Shown here: positions 23,660-36,030 of the stretch, piece by piece
How the letters are laid out: the number at the start of each line of letters is the position of its first letter
Position numbering within the stretch: position 1 is the stretch's first letter
Assembly (NCBI RefSeq): GCF_006345805.1
Contig: NC_043016.1
Coordinates: 7,192,001 to 7,256,000 of the forward strand
Direction of reading: 5' to 3'
DNA length: 64,000 bases
Source of the DNA: Octopus sinensis
Lineage: Eukaryota
Translations under genes and position numbers: made by a program
The notes under the pieces: model-generated
What the model saw: only the letters and a program-made list of their open reading frames with translations
Databases searched by the model: none
What the model was told of the DNA's origin: nothing

Positions 23660-24010
23660 TTTTGGTCAGAGATTCACATGCTATACATGATTGAAAACTT
23701 TGCTGATGTCTACAACAAAAACACACCTTTCATTGATATTTATTTTGTGAGAAGAGCTACACAGGTGGTTGATGTAATAGAGGAGGTCTCCAATGGATCT
23801 GTCTTTAAAGAAGTGAAGTTGTGCTGGTGATCATTGAGGAGACAGGGTCATGGTGTTGAAGAATACCATGGTTGTTGATGGCTGTTTCCATTATCTTTGA
23901 GATATGAGAAGTGAGTGCATTAATGTGATAGTTGGTGGGACCAGAGACACTGCCTTTCTTGAGAATGGCATGATAGAAATAATTGCCAAATCTCCATCAA
24001 ATAAAGTATT
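23660..24010 (-). mobile_element. Decayed CR1-Zenon/Jockey-like LINE reverse transcriptase
   Basis: Minus strand ILKKGSVSGPTNYHINALTSHISKIME...RSIGDLL...VDISKVFNHV (equivalent to KKG...NYRPI, DISKAFD). Confidence 0.7.
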
Positions 24011-24015
24011 TGTAG

Positions 24016-24052
<37 letters not shown>

Positions 24053-24066
24053 TATATATATAGAAT

Positions 24067-24425
24067 CAGAATCGAAATCGATCAATGGAAATTGCAGCTG
24101 AGTTACCAGTGCCGGTGGCACGTAAGAGAACCATCTGAACATGGCCGTTGTCAGCCTTGCCTGGCCCCTGTGCCGGTGGCACGTAAAAAGCACCATCCGT
24201 TCGTGGCTGTTTGCCAGCTTAACCTGGCCTCCATGCCGGTGGCACGTAAAAAGCACCCACTACACTCACGGAGTGGTTGGCGTTAGGAAGGGCATCCAGC
24301 CATAGAAACACTGCCAAATCAAACTGGGCCTGGTGCAGCCTTCTGGCTTCCCAGACCCCAGTTGAACCGTCCAACCCATGCTAGCATGGAAAGCGGACGC
24401 TAAACGATGATGATGATATATATAT

Positions 24426-24456
<31 letters not shown>

Positions 24457-24895
24457 CATACACTCCAATGCGACCGTACGACAGGCACCCTTGCCAACCC
24501 CCTTTGCTTGTGAAGACATGTTGGGGCAAGCGAAATCGAAATCGAATTGAACCAGCCAGGATCCCTGGTCTGGTGGTACGTAAAAAGCACCATCCAACTC
24601 GTGGCGATGCCAGCACCGCCTCGACTGGCTTCCGTGCCGGTGGCACAAAAATACACCAATCTGACCGTGGCCGTTGCCAGCCCCGCCTGGCACCTGTGCA
24701 GGTGGCACGTAAAAAGCACCCACTACACTCACGGATGAGTGGTTGGCGTTAGGAAGGGCATCCAGCTGTAGAAACACTGCCAGATAAGACTGGAGCCTGG
24801 TGCAGCCTTCTGGCTTCCCAGATCCCCGGTCGAACCGTCCAACCCATGCTAGCATGGAGAACGGACGTTAAACGACGATGATGATGATGATGATG
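24067..24895 (+). mobile_element. Two tandem family C copies (about 24067-24417 and 24490-24895)
   Basis: Each has gtgccggtggcacgtaaaaagcacc units, the aggaagggcatccagc core and a (GAT)n tail. Confidence 0.8.
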
Positions 24896-25540
24896 ACACA
24901 CACACATATATTGTGACCGCATGTGTATTGTTGGCGATTTTCTTTCTCCGTCTTCCCTTCTTTGGACTTTTCCTAAATTTCTGATGAAGAGCTCTGCTCA
25001 AAACATGAACTCCTCTTTCTTTTCTTCCCTTTCCTGAGCGTCCAATAACACTGTACTTATTCCACGTCCTCACGTTGTTGTTTTTTCTTGCTTGTTCTTG
25101 TTTGGACTGATTATATATATAGTATTAAATACATATGCTAATGTATATGCTTTGTGTGGCTGCAAAGGTGAGCAGCAAAGTATATAACTCTCATGTCGCT
25201 GATGTTAAAACACTGCTAAGTCATGGGCAGGTGATATAACTCACCTTCTACCTCTTTTGGGAGTGATCAACATTAATGTTTCATTATTTTAGTGGTTTTT
25301 CAATGCCTGGGTCAAAGGTGAGTCAGCTAACGAGGTCAATGACTTATATGCTCATGGCCTGTAAAATCAAGAGCTGTTACGCCTGGAAGTCATACCTGTC
25401 CATGACTACACCATTGCAGCCACTAGAAAATACTCAAAGCATATACATATTAGTATAAGTATTTAGTAATATTTATCATACTAGAGCTGTTTTTACTTCA
25501 TATGTAAATATATATTTTTATTAAAGCTGAAAAATCTTCA

Positions 25541-25588
25541 CAAAACTGTTACTCAAAGTTTCATATTTTCCGTTTATTGGACAGTTGT
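25541..25588 (-). ncRNA. Decayed homolog of the 12681 hammerhead
   Basis: Minus strand cacaactgt-CCAATAA-acggaaaatat-GAAACtttgaGTA-acagttttg; same stem I and a similar downstream AATAAA context, with the CTGATGA core mutated. Confidence 0.5.
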
Positions 25589-25847
25589 GATAAAATCTTA
25601 ACTGAAATCAAGTAATATACATGTAATATAATATGATACGATATAATTCAATTCGATGAATAAGCATTTAAATTTGATTGGATGACTGATTTTCAAAACA
25701 ATGATATGGTTTTTGTTACAATTTGATTGATTGGAAAGAAATGTGAAAATTAACAGTAAAATATATATATATGTATGTATAGGTATAAATAATTGTTGTG
25801 TGTGTATGTATGTACATATACATACAATAATTATATATATATATATA

Positions 25848-26175
25848 TATCAAATGGAAATTGTAGCTGTGATACCTGTGCCGGTGGCACTTAAAAAGCA
25901 CCATCCGAATGTGGCCGATGCCAGCCTCCCCTGACTGGCTTCTGTGCCGGTGGCATGTAAAAAGCACCAACCGATCGTGGCCACTGCCAGCCTCCCCTGT
26001 GCTGGTGGCATGTAAAAAGCACCCACTACACTTACGGAGTTGTTGGTGTTAGGAAGGGCATCCAGCTGTAGAAACAACTGCCAGATCAGACTGGTGCAGC
26101 CTCCTAGCTTCTCAGACCCCGGTCGAACTGTCCAACCCATGCTAGCATGGAAAACGGATGTTAAACGATGATGGT
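25848..26175 (+). mobile_element. Family C copy
   Basis: Same consensus and tail. Confidence 0.78.
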
Positions 26176-26184
26176 AATTATATA

Positions 26185-26235
<51 letters not shown>

Positions 26236-26953
26236 AATAGTTTCAAGGAAGCTATAAGAAAATGCACAAGTGCTCAGCTCTGAATGCACTACTTTTCATA
26301 GCAGAAACAGCTGTAAGCTAATAAAGTTGATTATGTAATTCCTGTTCTTTTGTTATTTAATAATTGATATTATGCTCCATACTCAGCAAATGTTTTACTC
26401 TGAAGCATATGTATATTGAGTTCTAACAAGTGGTTATTAGTATTGCTATGCCTATGTAAAATATTATGTGTGTGTGTGTGTGTATTTATTTGCTAATACA
26501 CATAAAAAAACCCTTACAAACTGATAACCCAATAGTCTTTTCACTCTGCTGTTTGACCTTTAAACAGCTGGAGGTCAACAGGAAGAACATTCTGCTTTCA
26601 GGCATGGAGGTAGTGGGGTTGAGAGAGAAGGAGAGACTTCTGCTGTTCAAACAAAACGTTATGCCCTTCAATTCTTTTGGTTTGTTTTTAGCAACTGAAG
26701 TCAAGACCATGCTGGGGTACCATATTTATAGTGTAATGTTCTTAGTCTTATGTGTTATCTTTGTGAATCATTTGGTGGTCCAGTTTATTGCTCTCTTTAA
26801 CAGTATATACATCCTGTCTGGTTGGTGTTTCACCAACTTAGTGCAGAGTGTTCTGTTTCTGCTGTAGTCTTTTGCATCTATATAACTTTTTGCCAGGGTT
26901 TGGTGGTGGTGAGTTTGGCCACATTCCATAATTCTTTTAGATGACAGATGTAA

Positions 26954-27068
26954 CCCTTTTGATACCAACCCGGCCAAAACCGCCTCTGGCTCTGTAGTTT
27001 TGAATTAAAATCTTCCACCAAACCTTAGTCACAATTTATGTTCCTAACACTAGCTGAATGATAACTAA
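26954..27068. mobile_element. Truncated copy of the same piggyBac-like MITE
   Basis: Matches the 5' half of the 10835 element with an internal deletion; ends at a SINE. Confidence 0.65.
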
Positions 27069-28271
27069 ACACAGAGTGGACAAACAAGGACAGACAAATG
27101 GATTAAGTTGATTACATCGACCCCAGTGCATAACTGGTACTTAATTTATTGACCCCGAAAGGATGAAAGGCAAAGTCGACTTCGGCAGAATTTGAACTCA
27201 GAACGTAGCGGCAGATGAAATAATGCTAAGCATTCGCTTGGCGTGCTAACATTTCTGCCAGCTCGCTGCTGTGTGTGTCTTTCTGTATGCATATGTATCT
27301 TTATATATGTGGTGTGGTGTTTATCTATGATTATGTATATATACTACATGTTTGTACATATATCATGTACATATATGTAGGGCTTTTGTAAGTATAACAT
27401 CATCATTCAGTGTTTTAAATCCGGGTTTTGTCCCTGTTGACGGGCGTGGCCAGATCTACCCCAGTGTCATAGCAACCGAGGAAGGCAGGTGCAGGCCACC
27501 CCAACCTTTTTTGGTAACTGGATTTTCTACTGGATTTTTGTATGTATATATATATATATATAATCAAAATAAGCAACAAGGATATCCCTGTCCAATCCCT
27601 GCCAGCATTAAAAAAAGGGACATTAAAGGGTTTTTTTTTCATTGTTGTTGTTTTATTTTATACATGTTGTTCCAAGTCTCACCCAGAGACCCTCAACCAG
27701 CAGCAAGTTGAATGTTACATTTGACTAGCAATGATTTATATTGTAAGGAAAGGAGGCTAGGTTCTGAGAATTAAGATTTTGTTAAAAGGTTTATTTGTGG
27801 CAAGCTGGCAGAAATGTTAGCACGCCGGGCGAAATGCTTGGCGATATTTCGTCTGCCGTTACGTTCTGAGTTCAAATTACACCGAGGTCGACTTTGCCTT
27901 TCATCCTTTCGGGGTCGATAAATTAAGTACCAGTTACGCACTGGGGTCAATGTAATTGACTTAATCCATTTGTCTGTCCTTGTTTGTCCCCTCTGTGTTT
28001 AGCCCCTTGTGGGTAGTAAAGAAATGGGTATATTTGCAAGTTTAGAAGAATGTAAAAGATATGTGATTTCGAAAGAGTTTATAAGATTTCATTGTTATTA
28101 TTTACAATTAGGCCCAGGATGATGGAAAATATTTCTTCTGAATATTCCAGAAAAGTGAAAAAGCCATGTAGATCCAGTTGAATGGAGGAAACCTTAACAG
28201 GGGTGTCAATGCTTGGGCATGCTGTAAAGATACATATGCATACTGAAAGACACACACTCATATACACACAC

Positions 28272-28555
28272 ATCATCATCAATCATCATCATCATCATCA
28301 TCATCATTTAATATCTGTTGCCTTTGCTGGCATGGGTTGGATGGTTTGACCAGTGCTGGCAAGCAGGAAGGTTGCACCAGACTCCAATCTGTTTTGGCAT
28401 GGTTTTCTATGGCTGGATGCCCTTCCTAATGCCAACCACTCTGAGACTGTAATGGGTATTTTTTTATGTGCCACCAGCACGGGTGCCATTTGCATGACAC
28501 CAGTGTCTGCCATGACTGCAGCTTTACTTGGCTTGATGTATCTTCTTCTCAAGCA
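28272..28555 (-). mobile_element. Diverged family C copy
   Basis: (CAT)n, ggatgcccttcctaatgccaaccac, ttctcaagcac ORF-end remnant. Confidence 0.7.
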
Positions 28556-28589
28556 CATCCTCATGCTACATCATGAGCAGGAGTTGTTA

Positions 28590-29375
28590 AATGGATAAAG
28601 GACGGGAACTGGTTAGCATAGACAAAGGCGGCGAACTGGCAGAAACGTTAGCACACCGGGTGAAATGCATAGTGGTATTTCGTCTGCTGCTATGTTCTGA
28701 GTTCAAATTCTGCCAAGGTTGACTTTGCCTTTCATCCTTTCGAGGTCGATTAAATAAGTACCAGTTACGCACTGGGGTTGATAATTGACTTAATCTGTTT
28801 GTCTGTCCTTGTTTGTCCCCTCTGTGTTTAACCCCTTGTGGGGAGTAAATAAATAGGCTAGCATAGACAGTAAGCCTAAGAAGATAATGGCCATGCATGG
28901 CTTTCCTTATCTTGGAATGAAGGTGGAAGAGGACTTGTTAGAGTATCAGATAAAGATATGATGGAGATCAAGTCTTTGCATGTCTACCCTGGGGATAATG
29001 ATGAAAGAATGCTGCCGCCCTTGAAAGTCTCCGCCCTGTTGAGGATTATACATTGTTAAAATTGTTTGTTTTTTTCCCACCTGTATATTAAACTTGTTTA
29101 TATGCAAAACCTTCACAACAATACACTCACACACACACACATACTTTGATTTGTCCTTTACTGTCCAAATTTTTCTTAATGTAATCCCTTTGTGGTCAAT
29201 AAAGAAATCATTATTATTATTATTATTAGTGTTGGTGGTTGTGGTGGTGGTATGGCTTTACTTACCTAGGTAGAAAGATGGAAGAGGACTGGTTGGAGTT
29301 GAGGATAGTGTTATGATGGAGATCAAGTCCTTGCATGCCTACCCCTAGGGATAATCATGAAAGAATGCTGCAGGT
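28590..29375 (+). mobile_element. R4/Dong-like LINE remnants, two partial copies
   Basis: IDSKPKKIMAMHG and LYLPR*KDGRGLVGVEDSV..EIKSL resemble LDRKTRK.MTMHG and RLYLPR..GGRGL; about 110 bp is repeated at ~28905 and ~29260. Confidence 0.55.
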
Positions 29376-29784
29376 TGCATTTGGTGGGAAGGTGACCAGT
29401 GACAGTGGTGTGACCCTCCATGAGTACAAAATGAGGACTAATAAAGAAAAGAACATCAACCAACTGTACTCAACTGGTACTTATTTTATCAATCCTGAAA
29501 GGATGAGAAGCAAAGTTGACCTCAGTGGAAATTGAACTCATAAATGTAAAGAAGGACGAAATGCTGCCTAAGCATTTTGCCTGTGTACACCATAGATCAG
29601 TAATTGAAAATAGCAGTATGACTATAATTATTGCTAAACAATTGAACACGTAAATAATTAACAGATTGTTAACCAACAAAAGTAGTCAGTGATCAACAGC
29701 AAAAAAAAAAAGTGTGACTCAGAATATAGCAGTTTTTTTTTTGTTTGTATATGTTTTCTTATTAGTTTGTTGTGTTAATTACAG

Positions 29785-29902
29785 GAGCCCAGTTATGGCA
29801 GGTGGTTTGTTTGCCATTGATCGAGATTGGTTCTGGGACCTTGGAGGATATGACCCAGGATTGGACATCTGGGGAGGAGAGCAATATGAATTATCATTTA
29901 AG
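29785..29902 (+). CDS. GALNT10: GALNT10-like exon, Gal/GalNAc-T motif
   Basis: acag acceptor, aag|gtaaga donor. Encodes [39 protein letters not shown]; WGGEQ rather than WGGEN is typical of the GALNT7/10 glycopeptide-preferring group. Confidence 0.97.
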
Positions 29903-30189
29903 GTAAGAAATGTCTTTTGATTATTCAGATTCTAATTCTAGAGCATTCTGCCAACATATAGCCACTCTGTTTCAAATATTTAGATCAAATTTTCAGTTCA
30001 AGAATACCTCTCTCCTCTCCTCTTACCAATCTCAGTAGCCTTACAAAGTGTCGAGGGTATTGCCTTTCCTACTGGACTAAAGGATTAAAAGGGAAATCTG
30101 TTCCATGACTTAACAAATGATTTTGAAATGAGTTAATCTAAATTCATTTAGAAATTGAAAATAATTTATTTATTTTCTTTTCTTCTAAC

Positions 30190-30577
30190 ATTGGGTTGGA
30201 CGGTTCAACTGGGGTCTGGGAAGCCAGAAGGCTGCACCAGGCTCCAGTCTGATCTGGCAGTGTTTCTACAGCTGGATGCCCTTCCTAATGCCAGCCACTC
30301 CGTGAGTGTAGTGGGTGCTTTTTATGTGCCAGACGAGGCTGGCAACGGCCACGATCGGATGGTGCCTTTTACATTGCCACCAGCACGGAGGCCAGATGAG
30401 GCTGACAATCGGCCACGATCGGATGGTGCTTTTTATGTGCCACCGGCACGGAGGCCAGTCGGAGCAGCACTGGCAAAGGGCCACGTTCAGATGGTTCTCT
30501 TACATGCCACTGGCACTGGTATCACAACTACAATTTCCATTGATGTTGATCGATTTCGATTTTCACTTGCCTCAACA
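30190..30577 (-). mobile_element. Family C copy (tail missing)
   Basis: Core consensus and internal repeat units. Confidence 0.75.
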
Positions 30578-31164
30578 GATCTTGAGAGAGAAATATTTCT
30601 TATGCATTTTTGAAAGCATCTGCTTATCTGGAATTGATTTTGGCTAAAAAGAGAGAATTCTGTCAATGGGTTTGCACCAGAGTGATAGTAATGTTTCAAA
30701 GAGTCAATTCTTCATCTGCAGTTGAATGTGTTGTTCTTACTGCTGTTGTTTACTTCCATATTAGTCCTGATTCAACTGGCCCTCAGACATAAAGGGCCAG
30801 TTACAGGGTTTCTATGGCATATAATAATTGATTGAGATCACAATATTCCTCTCTGAACAGGACACAGCTCTATTGCAGTGTTGCTTGTTTACAGCTGAGT
30901 AGACTGAGGCAAAGTGAAATGAAGTGTCTTGCTCAAAGACACAATGCACCAACCAGTCCAGGAATCAGAACCATGATCTTGTGATCTTGAGTGGTACACC
31001 CTAACCTGAAGGCCACTCCAACCTGTAGACCTCCCCAATCACAAGATACCATGAACCATTAATACAATAGGGACCTGAGATATTAATACAGCAGAGAGCG
31101 ACCCTATGACCTATTATTATGGTAGAGGCCAACAATGCATTAATAAGGTAGAAGCCATTAATCA

Positions 31165-31680
31165 CCATCATAGTTTAATGTCCGCTTTCCATGCTAGCAT
31201 GGGTTGGACGATTTTGACTGAGGGCTGGCAAACCAGAAGGCCGCACCTGGCTGCAATCTTGATCTGGCAGTTTTTCCCTTCCTAATGCCAACCACTCCAA
31301 GAGTGTAGTGGGTGCTTTTAATGTACCACCGGCACGGGGTCAGTCATGTGATACTGGCAATGACCTCGCTTGAATCTTTTTACACATGCCACCAGTAAGG
31401 TGCCAGTAAGGTGACGTTGGTAATGATCACGCTCAAATGGTGCCCTCTTATGAGCCACCAGCACGGAAGCCAGTTGGCTGCTCTGGCAACGATCACACTT
31501 GGATGGTGCTCTTGGCACCCTACTAGCACAGGCACAAGTGCCAGTAAGGTGACGCTGGTAACGATCACACTCAAATGGTGCCCCTTTATGTGCCACTGGC
31601 ATGGAAGCTGGTTAACCGCTCTGTCAACGATCACCCTCGTATGGTGCTCTTTGCACCTCGCTAGCACGGATGCCAGTCAT
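31165..31680 (-). mobile_element. Family C subfamily copy with a 138-bp internal dimer
   Basis: ccagtaaggtgacg recurs at 31403 and 31541; a related variant lies at 60357-60800. Confidence 0.72.
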
Positions 31681-31893
31681 CTTGTTATTCCCTAACCCAT
31701 TAATTCATGGCCCATTAACAAAGTAGGGGCCCTGTCCCTCGTAATTCCCTGATCTGTTAAAAGATATACCTGACATTTTAAATGTTTCTGAATGTCTTCC
31801 GTCTGATTTCACCTGGAATGGAGAAAACTATATTCTAATAAAAGAATCCAAAATTTGATTTTGCTTTTCATTTATTTTATGATTTTATTTTAG

Positions 31894-32004
31894 ATTTGGC
31901 AATGTGGTGGTGAAATGGTTGATGCTCCTTGTTCAAGAGTTGGCCATGTTTACAGGAAATTTGCTCCTTTTCCAAATCCTGGGGTTGGAGATTTTGTTGG
32001 GCGA
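31894..32004 (+). CDS. GALNT10: GALNT10-like exon (not in the ORF track in this frame)
   Basis: tttag acceptor, cga|gtatgt donor, 111 nt, phase 0-0. Encodes [37 protein letters not shown] with the PCSRVGH metal-binding His motif. Confidence 0.96.
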
Positions 32005-33261
32005 GTATGTCAAACATTTTGTTTTTATTATTATTTTTTTTACTTTTAAAAAAAATTTTTTTTTTTTTACTTGTTTCAGTCATTAGACTATGGCACTCCT
32101 GGGGCACTGCTATGAAGAAATTTTAGTCGAATGAATTTTTTAAAACCGGGTCCTTATTTTGTCTGTTGCTTTTGCCACGCTGCTAAGTTATGGGAACATA
32201 AACACATCAACACCAATTGGCAACCAATGGTGGGAGACAAACAGACACAAACATTTGCATTCTCCACTATAATACGGTATATTTAAAATATCAGGAAACA
32301 TCAATACATTTCACATGACAGAGGTTGAAAATAGTTTCGGTTATACAAAGAAACAATACAGTTCAATTGTTTTGTTCTTTTTTTAGTTTCATTCATTTGT
32401 CTACAAATATACTGGGTCGCTGGCTTCAGTGACTTTAGTTCAAATCCTACTTTGTGTGCGTGTCTCCCTCCCTCGGAAGACGAGAGTGAAAGGAATTGCA
32501 ACAGGCATGTTCGTCTCCAGTCTCGAGCTAATCGACTTTTTCGTTTTCCACATGAAACGGAAAATAAGGCTGGAGAAGAAATGCTTGTCGCAAAGTGTGT
32601 TTCGTAAAAGATGGAAGTCTATAGCAAGTATGTTGCGAGTGAAAGAACCTGTTTAAACGAGAATATAAAAAAGGAGAAAGCAAAGTCTTCAGTTTGAGTT
32701 TGTGGTTTGTGGGGTCAACTGCGTCCTCCACTTCATTTTTTGTTAATCACTCATTCTCATTTAATTGCATATATTTTAATTGTTTGTTTATTCATACGTG
32801 GTTTCGGCTCATTCGATACCCTGACCCCAACGTTTGTTTTGTCTGCGCCCCCCCCCCCCGTATTGTCCCCTCTTTTTTTCTCAATCTTATGGTGAATTAA
32901 GAAGTTCTCTCTCTCTCTCTCTCTCTCTCTCATTAATGGAGATTTGTCTATGATCCATCATAGAATCTCTGTTGTTTTAATGAGTCATGAAGCCTCCTTT
33001 GTGTAAATGGTTTCTGCTGGGCTTTCTGCTGTGTTGATCTGTTCTCCTGTGCATTAAGTACTTAACCTGGAGCCTACTTAATGAGTTGTTGCCTATTGAA
33101 TGACTAAGTTCACTCAACACTGACACACATTCTCTCTCTTTCACATGCACACATTTTCCTTTCTCACACACACACACACACACTGTCCCTCTTACATACA
33201 TTTTCTCTTTCTCTTGCGTGCACACACTCATTCTCTTTGGCATTCTCTCTTGTTCTCTTGT

Positions 33262-33310
<49 letters not shown>

Positions 33311-33742
33311 TTGTGTGTATGATTCGTTCCGTTTTGTTTTGTTTCTTCTTCTCCCAGTACAGTTTTTATATATATATATGTGTATATATATATATATGTT
33401 CTCTCACACACATACACGTGTACATTAGTGTTCGTGTGTGTGTGTGTTAGTTTGTAATACTCACTCAACTCCACATTTGGTTCTCATTCGACTTCCAGAT
33501 ATTACCAACATGTGGTCTCTCTACTAAACGCTATAACCTGCTGACATGTGGTCTTTGTTAACATGTGGGTTCTATTAACGAAGCCACACAGGTGTAAAGA
33601 AAGAAAAGTTTACAAGACTATTTAGAATGATACAATCTTGTAATTAAAACAAATTAAATAAATTAATCTTCAACATCCTTTCACTTGCATTTTGTTATTA
33701 TTATTATTATGTCTATTTATTTATTTGCTTTTTCTTTTGAAG

Positions 33743-33964
33743 AATTATCGCAGAGTTGCAGAAGTATGGATGGATGAATATAAAGAATACATATATCTTC
33801 GGCGGCCGCACTACAGAGATATCAACCCAGGTGATATAAGTGCACAGCTGGATATAAGAAAACGGTTAAATTGCAAACCTTTCAGCTGGTTCATGAAAGA
33901 AGTGGCATTTGATATACCAAAGTTTTATCCACCTGTAGAACCACCAAATGTCGCTGATGGAGAG
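33743..33964 (+). CDS. GALNT10: GALNT10-like exon, end of catalytic domain and linker
   Basis: gaag acceptor, gag|gtgcgt donor, 222 nt. Encodes [18 protein letters not shown]...[33 protein letters not shown]. Confidence 0.96.
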
Positions 33965-34222
33965 GTGCGTATTGTTTGTTGTTTAATTCTCCTTATTTTT
34001 TTTCTTCTAATGGATCACTCTGGAAGAGAAACCATTGCTAAGGCTGGTGAGTTAATCTTTGTTGCCTGGGAACATTCGAACTTGACCATCCACATTCCTA
34101 ATTTTCCATACTGTGTGTATGAATGTGTAGTTAATCAGGATAATGAAAGAAGTACTTGTTAAAATATATATGTACACACACACACACACACATACACTCA
34201 CACACACACACACTCTTATGCA

Positions 34223-34593
34223 TCTCTATATATATAAACAGCAAAATGTCTGTCTGTGTGTATGTGTGTATCTTTATACAAATCCACAATTTTTCAGTTA
34301 GAGGGCTTGCACTTTCTGTGGTCATTCAAAAACCGTCCAAGGGTGGTCGTGCACCTCTTTACATTTCCCCAGTCTCCCCGCAAAGCCATTAAAAAATCAA
34401 TAGAAGTGACTTTTTTTGTGAATTTTCTATCCAAAACCCAATCAAAATGCCTGAAACTTGACATGCCAATTGAATGCCAGCTAGCTGTATGTGATTGGAG
34501 ATTTGGACAGTACTTGTGTGTATGTGCGCATGCATGCAGCTGTATATGCATGCACTAGCACTGTGACCCAGCGTTGCCGGGTCATAGTGCTAG
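34223..34593 (+). mobile_element. Complete non-autonomous Helitron (about 371 bp)
   Basis: A|TCTCTATATATATAAA 5' end; GC-rich subterminal hairpin then CTAG|T; inserted between A and T with no TSD. Confidence 0.8.
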
Positions 34594-34717
34594 TGTTAGT
34601 TAAAGGGGATATTTATAAGCATACAAACTGAGACAATTAACAGAAAAGGCCTACTACCGGTGAAAGTTCAAAATTCATTATAATAAAATGATTATCTATA
34701 TGTATGTGTGTGTATAC

Positions 34718-35119
34718 TCTTTATTCTCTCTTTTACACTCTTACTTGTTTCAGTCATTTGACTGCAGCCATGCTGGAGCACCACCTTTAGTCAAACAAAT
34801 CGACCCCCAGGACTTATTCCTTGTCACTCTAGTATTTTTTCCATCAGTCTCTTTTGCCGAACCACTAAGTTACAGAGATGTAAACACAGCAGCATCGGTT
34901 GTCAAGCAATGTCGGGGGGACAAACACACACACACACACACACATATGTGCATATATACAACGGGCTTCTTTCAGTTTCCGTCTACTACATCAACTCACA
35001 AGGCTTTGGTCAGCCCGAGGCTATAGTAGAAGACACTTGCCCAAGGTTCCACACAGTGGGACTGAACCAGGAACTATGTTGTTTGTAAGCTACTTACCAC
35101 ACAGTCACTCCTATGCCTA
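34718..35119 (-). mobile_element. Family A SINE
   Basis: Full-length consensus match. Confidence 0.8.
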
Positions 35120-35922
35120 TATATATATAAATATTTAGCAGGTCCAAGAGTTTTGTGCAGTGGCACTTGTCAAATTAGTTACAAGTGAAAGACTTGTGAG
35201 TATATTTAGCTGGTGATAACTATATTTCCTTCTGGTTTGTTCTACTTCGAATTTTAAAATCATAGTAATGTTGTGGATAATTCAAATATTGTTATATTTA
35301 AGAATGGTCATTTTTTTTTTCTTGCTAAAAAAAGCTTTTTTTTTACATCCCCGTAACTTAGCGGTCGGCAAAAGAGACCGATAGAATAAGTACTAGGGTG
35401 ACAAAGAATAAGTACTGGGGTCGATTTGTTTGACTAAAGGTGGTGCTCCAGCATGGCTACAGTGAACAAACATTATATATGTTCTTTACTTATTTATTAT
35501 TGTTCTTATTTTATCTTATGCCCATTATCAGGAAATCTTTTGTCACACACCTGTGACCTCTTCAGCAACACTTCCATCTCATTGGAACTCCTGTCTGATG
35601 ACTCGGCTTTCAAATTTATGCTTAAAGAAAGAATAATCCTGGTTGTCAAGGTAGCAGCGAGATGTCAGTGCTATCACGATGATTCACTCAGATTTAACTT
35701 CCCTTAATTTTAGAATACAAAAATATTTCTTGGAGTCTGTTGTTCAGTGAGAGTTTTCCTGGGAATAAGCAGAGGTATTCCAACTGTGACCATCTAAATA
35801 CATTTACGTGTGTGTGTGTGTTTGTGTGTGAGTGTGTGTATGTGTGTGTGGAAAGTGATGCTCTAATTCAAAAATATAATTTTATATTTTATATAATTTT
35901 AAAAATATTTTTATATTCACAG

Positions 35923-36030
35923 ATTCGCAACAAAGCTAGCAATTTATGTCTTGATACTCGGTTCCGAGGACCTAACGAACGGTTCCAGTTGGAGTCTTGC
36001 ATTAAAGATGGTCAAGGACAGGGAGAACAG
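35923..36030 (+). CDS. GALNT10: GALNT10-like exon, ricin-B lectin alpha repeat
   Basis: cacag acceptor, cag|gtaggt donor, 108 nt. Encodes IRNKASNLCLDTRFRGPNERFQLESCIKDGQGQGEQ (CLD motif). Confidence 0.94.

Noticed and set aside
23364-23726. 105-120 aa ORFs on both strands
   Set aside because: They overlap the 7SL RNA sequence; chance open frames in GC-richer sequence.
24100-24270. CRISPR-like repeat-spacer appearance
   Set aside because: Eukaryotic context, no cas genes, linkers are related to each other, and the units are part of an RTE 3' UTR.
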